From Sphaeroforma arctica JP610 (taxonomy: Eukaryota), in assembly GCF_001186125.1 (NCBI RefSeq), contig NW_014040400.1, positions 1 to 32,178 of the forward strand: a DNA stretch of 32,178 nucleotides. Direction: 5' to 3'. Made by a program: the position numbers and the translations under genes. The notes beneath the pieces were generated by a model. It did no database searches. It saw only the letters and a program-made list of their open reading frames with translations, and was not told where the DNA came from. The first letter of the stretch is position 1, and each line of letters opens with the position of its first letter. Below are positions 21,691 through 32,178 of the stretch, piece after piece.

Positions 21691-24600
21691 ACTTTAAGAG
21701 ATAATATAGGAACATATATGTGCTTGATATCTCAAATGGATAGAATGTTATCAATATTAAGAAGTGTACGAGTCAATTTATCCAGCTCAAGCAAACCACG
21801 TATATGTGTTGATAATGTGAGTGTTTCCCTACAGCCAATGATACACTGGACGCAGAAAAGCCACGTACTTATAACACACAGGACAAACACCTCCCACTAT
21901 TAAATGAGTCTAATAAAGAATGTGAGTGAACTATAAAACTGACAGTGGGGCGTACGCGGTGTGATTCTGAGATCTAGCGGAAGTATGTTATAACGCAGAT
22001 ATAGTACAGGTGTGCGATTATATAGATGGAGATAAATATATACACCCATGACCCAACCACCAAGCGATTGGAAAAGCATATATTTTGTTGAATTGTTGAA
22101 CCACATCTATTTTGAAATTTAATTACATTACACAAAATGTATAAAAATATTGAAATTTCTAATAAGTGTCGGAAATTCAATTTCGCAGAAATTCGCTAGC
22201 AAAACTTCGAAAGCAGCTGCAGAGCACAGGCAGAACGTCCCGATTTCAAAAGGCAGTGGTTGATCTTTGGCTCATTGCGGTAATTAATGGGAATTGGAAG
22301 GCATTGCTGCCATACTATTGGTAGAAAGTCTAGTAGCTGGGGAGATTTGGATCTGTATATTTATCATCTCGAAGTGCTAGTCCCAATTTTAACAGCACAA
22401 TTTTGGGAATTGAAATATGTAGTCCAATTTTAGCAATACACAGCAATTGCGCTATTTTCAAACAACAGACGTCGTATAATAATTTGTTGCAAATAAATTT
22501 GCAAGCGCACCTAGTAGCCGGTAACAGAGGGTATTTTTATTTACGACGTGGTATCAGACGGTATTTAAAAAAATGATTGCACTGCAGCAGAATTGTTATG
22601 TTTCTTTGATGAAACTTGAGTTGCTGTACAATATACCGGCCCGCCGAGAATCTAACAAAGCAAATGTGTAAATACATATTTACTTCGTATCTGTATTTAT
22701 GTACTTTTTTTTGTTTGTTTTAAAAAAATTACACAAAATGTTACAAACGCAACTGAAATAAATAGGCAACGTAGACTGTAAATAAATTTGCGGTTGAAGT
22801 ATCTTGGTTGTGGTCATTGTCTGGACAGACTCGTATTTATTTATTCAGTCTCGCACTCCGCTCTAGAGAGAGTGTACGTGTGTGAACTTCAGATGTTAGT
22901 TTCTATGTATTCATCACACCAGCAGCCAGCGTCAACAACGGCGTCGTCTCTAAATATAGTGGTATAAATACCCGTAGTCTCTAGATACATACCGCACTGT
23001 ATTTGTGCTCTCATTATTCAATTTATCATGGGTGATGAATGATGATCACACCGTGACAATGAATAGGGGGTCGATATCTCAACATACTGAATCATTTACG
23101 GACTGTATACCCCCCACATGAAAAGAGGCTTGTAATAATAATTTAGGATTGCAGTGAACATGTATTGGAGAATCTATATGACAGAAATCAATTGAGGCAG
23201 ACTGCCACAATATAGTAGTAGGGTTCGTGTAAAAATATAAATCTACGCAGTGTTTTCCCCCAGTGTGCTCTTGGTATAGTATATATTTTTATCTCGTCGT
23301 GGCACAAGCAATTATCACACTCGTTTGTCTCGAAGCGTATTTATTATGTCAAGTACAGTTTACTTCCTTGGTAATTTGTAATTTTGAACTTACTTCAATG
23401 GAAATACAGGGATAAACAGAAAAAGAACTATTGAACAGACGTCGTAGGATTTTCATTCATCAAGTTGTACCTATGTAAAATTATCTGCGGGGATAATGTA
23501 TATAGCGAATACCGATGAACGTGACGTGTTCGTGTGTCTGATTGCAATATATATGAGTGTGTACCCCTATGTGAGATCGATATACCACAGCATCGTACCA
23601 CCGTAAAAAAATAAAACAGTAATATCGCTTTATTGATTGCCAAGCCAGGCGAGATATCAAGTCTCCATAAAGAGGCTTTAACTACATACAGTTCTAGTCC
23701 AATACGAATGAACTGTACAAATATGTGCTAATATTGGAATAAATACAATGGTTCCTTTCTGGATACGCTAACGCGATCAAATAGACAAACTATGTACGTT
23801 TATCCACCTCCAATAATGAGCTGTTGGGACGAAGATCACTAACAATCGCACAGTCGAAGCATGAATCGTGTGTACCAAAAGCAAGTACTAAGCTATACGC
23901 GGTTTACCTGCATATTGACTGTGCTACCTAGCAACACTTGGGTGTATGTATGAGACAGCGGGCGTATGCGAGAGTATATTTAGTGTGCTTGCGTGCTTTT
24001 GCGACTTGTGTACATCTTAAAATCATATCTCACGGGGCCGCCACGGTGAGAGTATGCACTTCATGGTACGTAACCTAACACTTAGCAATACCAGTGTTTC
24101 AGAGATATGCTTGTAATATAGCACATGACGTCACCAGTGCATTAAGGAATCGCGTGTGTATATAATATCGTGTGCATGTGGTGTGTTTACCGACATATAG
24201 GGGTTATGTGGAGTGTACGTTGCAAAAGCAAATTATACATGTCGTGTCTGTGTATAGAGTGTGTGGTTGCTCGTAGCACTATACGAATCGTACAGCCACA
24301 TCACCACGCAATACTTAGCATGGAACATATAAGTCCATGAACAGCTCAGTAACAATTATTACAGTAGTCTAGAAAAGACCCGACTAGATCTGACTACACG
24401 ATACGGTCACCTGCCGTTCCAACTTACGAAATTGTGATAGTATTGGTGCCTATGGGATTCTCGGCTGCTACATAGTACGATGCGGATTCAACAGAAATAA
24501 AACACCAGGGAGGTTATATCCACGTACGTCGTATTTGTATTAAAGCAATACGTCAATTTATAACGCATATTTAATGACTATTATCTGTGACTGGAATTGT

Positions 24601-25609
24601 GAACGAGCGCAGTACGTATTTAAATCCATTCAGCATATTGCAACTATATATGCGATGTTCAAGTCCTTCGGCGAATAAGGAGATAGCCTTCAAAAATAAA
24701 ATACAGGTTATGTGTATGTGTACGAAATAGCCGTTTATACTGTAAAATTAAAAATAATGGCAGTGTTAAAGAAGTCGGCTACTCAGAAAAAACTATTTTA
24801 TTTTATTTTTCAGAGAAAAAATCATTGCACGTGTTTGTAACGTGTACTTTCGCTCAGATGCAGGAGAACACCTTCATTTGATATTGCTATATGCACTGCC
24901 ATCGTTCTGCATGCTTTGAAAGCGAGTCTGCATATGAATCTGAAAAATTTAGTATGAACTTCGGTTATTTTACTCCGGCAAAAACTTTCATTAAAAAAGT
25001 TGTAACCACTTTCGTACTGCCAAAATTTCCAAATCATCAAATTTGATTGTTGCGCAGAATTGATGACCCTATTTCAAAATGAAAATTACGAAGTGAGGTA
25101 TCGAGAATGTGTCTGCTGAGGGCCTGAGGCTATAAGGTGTTTTCAGCACAACGAGAAAGGGAAGCAGAGTGTGTTGAAACTAACAAGTTTAGCATTAAAT
25201 AGTCTATACTGTGCGAATATACCTTCATACAGGGCTATGCACGAGGACGGGAAAGTAAGATGTGAACTCGCATAATGACGTGTCAAACAGAAGGGATGCC
25301 GGAACGCACATGATTCCTTCTCCTATGATGGGTTCATATCTTTAATTGCATCATACAGATAAGAGTGCATAATTGCTCAGGGTGGTAGGTATCTGAATAA
25401 CGTTACGAATTATGTACATTTTTACAATGTATACTTTCGTTATCATGTAGATGCTCGTTAACCATACGCTGCGCTCTAATTATGAACTACCTGTTTTGTT
25501 TCTCATCAAAGTCCAAGCATAAGCCATTAACGAATGTATGCGACGCAGCTATTGATAGATCGCGAAGCTGCGAGAAGCTGTTTCAGAACCGGTCCGTCCT
25601 GTGGTGAGT

Positions 25610-25789
25610 TGGCTATTAGCTCATGGTATAGAGCGTTTGGAATCGGCACAAGACTTCTAATAAGGGTAGGTAGGTAAATCCGGTTTTAACTTCCATAACC
25701 CCCCTTGGATAGGAGACAACTTTGAGGACTGGATGGGTACGAATTAATACGAACTACGAACTGCGAAGGTTCAAGCCTTCCTAGGTCGA
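25610..25789 (+). pseudogene. Degenerate tRNA-like element with a long insert (tRNA pseudogene or SINE head)
   Basis: 5' half TGGCTAT-TA-GCTC-ATGGTATA-GAGC (A box, perfect D stem); 3' half GAAGG-TTCAAG-CCTTC-CTAGGTCG (B box, T stem). Acceptor pairing is imperfect and no anticodon can be assigned. Confidence 0.4.
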
Positions 25790-26120
25790 ACTTTAGAGGC
25801 GACTACGGTATGGGGCGATACTGCGACAGGCCTGCAGCCTGTAGAGCAGAAAGTAATAAAAAAGCATTCAGTTGAAATTTTCTAAGTTCTATAAAGTTAG
25901 TTATGTTGAAATTAGGAACATTCTATAATTTAGAGGCAAATTATTTCGACTGCTTGCAAAGCAACCCAACTTTGAGTATTTAAAATTCCTTATTTTGAGT
26001 ATTAACAAATCGTAAAGTACTATATTCGTCCTATATATTTTGGAGAAGTATTGGAATTATCACACTACGAATATATTTTCTAGGAACATATTAATTAGGA
26101 TCCGATTGTGTCGGTTGGGA

Positions 26121-26128
26121 TTTGGCGC
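26121..26128 (+). promoter_or_regulatory. E2F-type motif TTTGGCGC upstream of histone H3
   Basis: Exact match to TTTSSCGC about 160 bp before the H3 ATG. A single 8-mer, so function is unproven. Confidence 0.35.
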
Positions 26129-26284
26129 AGAATTAAAACATTTATAAAATGTCGGTCTTTGCAACAGGAGGTGTCTAGCGCGCTTCTCAGCGTATAGATA
26201 TTAATTATATAACCGATTATGTTGTGTTCGTAAACGTCAGTTGCTCACTTCATAGCATAGGACTACTAATCAAGGACAGAAAAA

Positions 26285-27249
<965 letters not shown>

Positions 27250-27875
27250 TCCATCCAAATCATATATAGCATGTATAGCATCTGACATGGTTTATACAAC
27301 CACGTTAGATCGTAGACGTACATCGCGTTTTATGTACGTATGATACAGATACATGATGGAGAAAAGGTAGTATGTGCGCTCTGCACCGGCATAGTTGAGT
27401 GGAGTTACCGGGCGGTAAACTTTACAACAGCGGCGGCAGAGGGCACTCTCACCACTTTCATCTGAACTGAAGCATCACATCTATTGCGTGTGCGTACATA
27501 TCTTGCACAAGTAAGCGGTTTGATGTCGAATTGAAGTGATGGTGATATACTGACAGACAGGTCCCAATCATATTTCCGCGATTGAACTGGGGCCTATATA
27601 AGCTTCTCACTATCAAGATGGTGATGAAGATGCACTTACACAGCGCTGGGCAAAGTCGTCTCACAGGCATACGTATACTCCCACCACCAATAGCGTGATA
27701 AACCAAAGAATATAGGCGTAGTTGGGATTAGGTTGGACATAATGGTACAATAAGGCCTCAAGTATGCCCAATTATATGCGTATACTGGGTTGATTCAATG
27801 AGACTTTCGCCGGAACTTTATTAGTGTAACGTAGCACCGGTTGTAAGCTTAAGCTCCTGCAAAACACGCTTGAAT

Positions 27876-30800
27876 TTATATAGACACAAATAAATCTGAA
27901 TACATTGTTTTACTTGGGCAATCTGCTATTAAGCACCATGCATAAGTGGGTAGACGGTAAACACTTTTTCGATTGCGTACTCTGTTTTTTATTGCACTGA
28001 TGCTGTGTCTTTGAATACATTCAGCGTAAACGTGTACTGGTTTTCGTTCCTCGGCTTTAAGCCCCCACTGCCAGTCATGTCCTTGCAACGGAAGTTGCTA
28101 CAATTAGTGTAAGACCTGTACAATCTTCAATGATAGGCAGCCTCGCAACTATAGGTTTTACCGCGACATACCGTTTAATATTCGCTTTTATTGCATATAG
28201 CAGTATACTAAGTGTGTAGAAAGCGTATCGTTAAGTTTACTGACAATCTGAATGTTTTGAGCTTCTACTTATTGCATATGGTAGTATACTAGGTGTGTAG
28301 AAAAAGTATATCGTTAAGCTAACCGACAACCGAAATGTCTTGAGCTCCTACTAATGCACTGATTTTCATTGAGCAGACCACGCAGGACCCATGGCACAGA
28401 AACGAGCGCGGAAGTACACACTACCAAGTGTGTGGTACAACAAAACAAGCAACAGGCAGCAAGTGTTTGAAGTGTGTACGAAACACACGTGACGACAGAG
28501 GGTGACATGAGCGCACGTAACCAAAGAGCACGCAGAAGTACACGTATTTGAGGAGTGGTTATTAAGTACACGCTATTGAGGAGTGTACGAATGCACACGC
28601 GATGGAAGAGTGCAAGCAATGATTGTGCATGTTTCGATTCGACCACAACTCCATCCTGCGTAGGCACGAAAGTCTGTATAGTTGGTATCTCTGTTACAGT
28701 CGACTCGGGTGTCCAAGTTGACCACAGACGGCAAGTATTCAGCACGTTGTCGTGTCGGTAAATATGAAAAATCCTGTACCTTCGATACATCCTAACCAGT
28801 TCAACACGAGCTTGCGTTATAGTAAGTGAAAGTATGATAACTCATCGCCCCTTTGATTACATGCGAGCAAGTGCAGCACAAGCTCACGTTGCAGGAAGTT
28901 GAAGTATGATAAACCCTGTACCTTTGATGCACCCTAACCAGTCCAGCACAAGCCTACGTTGCAGTAAGTTGAAATATGATAAACCCTGTACCTTTGATGC
29001 ACCCTAACCAGTCCAGCACAAGCCTACGTTGCAGTAGGTGAAAGTATGATAAACCCTGTACCTTTGATCACGAGCTTGCGTTACAGTAAGTGAAAGTATG
29101 ATAACTCATCGCCCCTATGATACATGCGAACAAGCTCAGCACAGGCTTACGTTGCAGTAAATACACATCGCGTAGCTATTGGAATCTATCATATGTTGTC
29201 ACGCTTCCTGTACGGGCAGAAGATCCAAGTTTTCTTTTATGTACTGTACTGTGTATGACACCCAGTTACATGATGTATCCGAACAGGTGCTGTAATCCCT
29301 CGGTTCTACTTAAGTGTCGTGCCTGTGTGTGTCGACTTCCTTATAAATCATCAGTAGACGACTCGAAGCTTCTCCCCAAACGAACACAGAACGGCAGCGA
29401 TATCCAACCACCTTTCACTTACACAATTAGTGACCACATGCACCCTAGAGACCAGAAACGGGGTACCTCGTCGACTCAGGCACACAAAAGGTGTGCGATC
29501 ATTGAGAAGCACACACTTAGCACAATCTCACATGTAAACACACTTATCACAATCTTCCATGGAAACACACTTATCGCAATCTCACACGTAAACACACTTA
29601 GCAGAGTCTCACATGTAAACACACTTAGCACAATCTTCCTTGGAAACACACTTATCACAATCTCACACGTAAACACACTTTGCAGAGTCTCACATGTAAA
29701 CACACTTAGCACATTCGCTCATGTAAACACGCGTAGCCGTACACATGGATGTGGATTGCAACACTATTACCCTCGTATCATGCAGCTCTTGACAAGCCTT
29801 TTATTACTTATTATAGCTCTGTCGGTTTGAGCTATAGCATCTAACCGGGTCACACGCTGCATTCCCTCGGAACCATGCACTTGGCAGTGTACGACCTGAG
29901 ACAGACACCGCAGCAGTTCAGAACTTCGACTTAAAAACCAGGCACCATATTTAGTATGGCACTGCTTGCCTGTACGCAAGAGGTGTTGGGTTGTAACATC
30001 TTGTGTGGTCAGTCTGTACGTGTTGCATGCCGCAGATTGGGCATTCGGTAGTGTTGTGGTGTTTGTAATAGGGTGATAGGGTATGCAACGTCCATCGTGT
30101 ACTATCAGATAATCAACTCAGAAATTTGACTATAAGTGTTAGACTCTGAGCAGTGAGTTGTACATACCCACCCAAGGTCCACACCTGGTATAGAGCCCTA
30201 GAACAAAGTAGTGAGGTACAGCCCTACAACAAAGTAGTGAGGTACAGCCCTACAACAAAGTAGTTAGGTGCAGCCCTAAAACAAAGTAATGAGGTGCCGC
30301 CCTAAAACAAAGTGAGATACAGCCGTACAACAAAGTAGTTAGGTGCAGCGCGAAGACAAAGTAGTGAGGTACAGCCCTACAACAAAGTAGTGAGGTACAG
30401 CCCTACAACAAAGTAGTTAGGTGCAGCGCTAAAACAAAGTAGTGAGGTGCAGCGCTAAAACAAAGTGAGATACAGCCCTACAACAAAGTAGTTAGGTGCA
30501 GCCCTAAAACAAAGCAGTGAGGCACAGCCCTAAAACAAAGCAGTGAGGTGCAGCCCTAAAACAAAGTGAGATACAGCCCTACAACAAAGTAGTTAGGTGC
30601 AGCCCTAAAACAAAGTAGTGAGGTGCTCTAATCCAGGCCAACAGCACTCCCAAGGACAGACACCGCCTTGCTTAGCGTAAGCTCAGGCGAGTATAGCCAC
30701 AACCTTACAAAACTCGTGCCTCTCGCTAACATAACGAGCCGTGCATAGAGGGTTGCAAAGCTCTCTCGATGCTGAGGGCATGTTGGGTATTGAACTGTGC

Positions 30801-31701
30801 TTACTAACCACTAGGAACATGCCGTGCATCGATACTAAATATGACTCACTGCCAACGTCGCTTGTTTGTCATGGTGAGTGCATATTGGGTATTAAGCTGT
30901 GCTCATTAACCACTAGGATTATGCTGTGCATGGATACCAAATACGACTCATTGCCACCTTCGCTTGTTTGTCATGGTGAGTGGATATTGGGTATTGAGCT
31001 GTGCTCACTAACCATTAGGATTATGCTGTGCATGGATACCAAATATGACTCACTGCCACCTTCGTTTGTTTGTAAGGAAGGCAAAACTCGTCCGTATAAA
31101 CTCACCCGCCCTAACACATACACTCCATGCTTGCCACTGCCGCCGAAAAAGAGCTGCTTTCATCCCCCGATGGCACTCAGCACACTGATGTAACTGATAA
31201 CCACCTATACACTCATTAACTGCACATTTTGAACATAAGTGATGCTAACCACAAATCCATCTTCACCCCATGTTCCTGTACATTTCTTCTGAACCCATTT
31301 GTCTTTTGTGTGCGGGCAACTGTGTTTCCTCGGGTGAGCTCACCCACTTCGTTGTACGTTTCTACCAGCGCTCTGGCAATGCAGCGAGATAGGCTGGCCT
31401 AAGACGGAAAGGACAGCATAAGCAAACACTATACCTCACCTCTATAAATAGCACCAGAGCACCCTATTTATAGCCACACAACTAAATTATATTTATAGCC
31501 ATCATCGATTGCGCCTGCTAGTACTACTACCACTGGCAGTCGTTGGGGCTTTGGGGTGGTTCTTGGGATATAATCTGATCTCACATGCCACCAGTGATAA
31601 GAGTTGGTCCGCAGTGGACGACGACGTCAGCTTTCCGCGAGTGTTGTGTCGGAAGATAAAACTGATTTCGGATCGTAAGGCTTTATCGGACCCTTTCTCC
31701 G
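27876..31701 (-). CDS. Possible multi-exon gene of unknown function (3' part; the 5' part would lie beyond the window)
   Basis: Phase-compatible AG/GT-bounded candidate exons 31398-31344, 29969-29846, 29444-29423, 28655-28599 and 28097 onward, plus another acceptor at 31701. No homology recognised. Confidence 0.3.
28188..28320. repeat. Two-copy direct repeat (about 50 bp core, about 81 bp spacing)
   Basis: TTATTGCATAT(A/G)G(C/T)AGTATACTA(A/G)GTGTGTAGAAA..TATCGTTAAG occurs twice. Confidence 0.8.
28763..29160. repeat. Minisatellite, about 70 bp unit, about 6 copies of two subtypes
   Basis: AAACCCTGTACCTTTGAT at 28911, 28981 and 29051 (70 bp period); variant TATGATAACTCATCGCCC units at about 28833 and 29097. 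Confidence 0.9.
29512..29730. repeat. Minisatellite, 27 bp unit x8 with an 81 bp higher-order trimer
   Basis: CACACTTAGCACAATCTCACATGTAAA consensus; units 2-4 resemble units 5-7. Confidence 0.95.
30193..30626. repeat. Minisatellite, 26 bp unit x17 with interspersed 23 bp variants
   Basis: CAGCCCTA(C/A)AACAAAGTAGT(G/T)AGGT(A/G); the shorter ..CAAAGTGAGATA unit occurs three times. No spacers. Confidence 0.97.
30773..31073. repeat. Tandem repeat, 102 bp unit x3
   Basis: TGAG(G/T)G(C/G)AT(G/A)TTGGGTATT at 30773, 30875 and 30977. Confidence 0.95.
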
Positions 31702-32099
31702 CTGTACAGAGGGTGTGTACGAAGCACATGGGGGGTGAGGTGTGAGAAGAGGGTTGAGATCACATGTTAACTGGAGCTACTTTGTAACATCAAGTACCGG
31801 TTGGTGTTCATACATACGGATAAGGTGGTTCACACTAATTAAATACATGTATGAAGTAACACGCGTTGCCACCTATGCAGATACAACCCGTATTTACACA
31901 TACTTCTGTATATACTCATCTTGCACATATATAGGAGAAGAAAGATAAATAACGAGAGATTGCAAATGATTGCAACATAAAGCAAATTTTCCGAGCACAA
32001 CTCGACATCAGTATGCGAAATCGACCATGGAAGATAGTTGAAAGAGAGAAAGTTAAAATACGGACACACACCCACAACGCTGCACCTACCTACCCATCA

Positions 32100-32178
32100 A
32101 TATATATATATTTATATATATATACATCTATATATATATATATATAGTGTATATATATACATACATATATATATATAT
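32100..32178. repeat. (TA)n-rich microsatellite
   Basis: Direct inspection. Confidence 0.9.

Noticed and set aside
27250..27460. Replication-dependent histone 3' stem-loop
   Set aside because: No GGYYCTTTTCAGRRCC-like hairpin is present after the stop codon.
29117..29830. 237-aa ORF with VNTLSTISH repeats (and the 150-aa ORF at 30741-31193 with 34-aa repeats)
   Set aside because: The frames stay open because the 27-bp and 102-bp units are multiples of three and lack stops. There is no other coding signal.
30193..30626. CRISPR-like array of 26-bp repeats
   Set aside because: Units are directly adjacent with no unique spacers, there are no cas genes, and the context is eukaryotic. It is a minisatellite.

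Overview
Eukaryotic, intron-rich genomic DNA with TA/CA/TATG microsatellite-rich introns and a 460-N assembly gap. The style suggests a unicellular holozoan such as an ichthyosporean, but that is only a guess. From left to right: (1) a decayed minus-strand Ty3/Gypsy pol (protease C-half, RT, RNase H, DDE integrase) that carries a Dam/DIRS-type DNA N6-adenine methyltransferase-like domain between RNase H and integrase, plus an unrecognised C-terminal extension; (2) a second, plus-strand LTR and gag fragment sitting where the first element breaks off inside its protease; (3) a complete 15-exon minus-strand Sin3 corepressor gene (6128-21690, about 2544 aa by my exon model) with very large Q/P/G-rich disordered regions and a divergent HDAC-interaction domain; (4) a divergently oriented 3-exon histone H3 gene (26285-27249) with a one-residue insertion between K27 and K36 ([11 protein letters not shown]); (5) a degenerate split tRNA-like element; (6) a cluster of unrelated minisatellites (28.2-31.1 kb) that may lie in the introns of a cryptic small-exon minus-strand gene. 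All family assignments come from motif recognition by eye; no searches were run.
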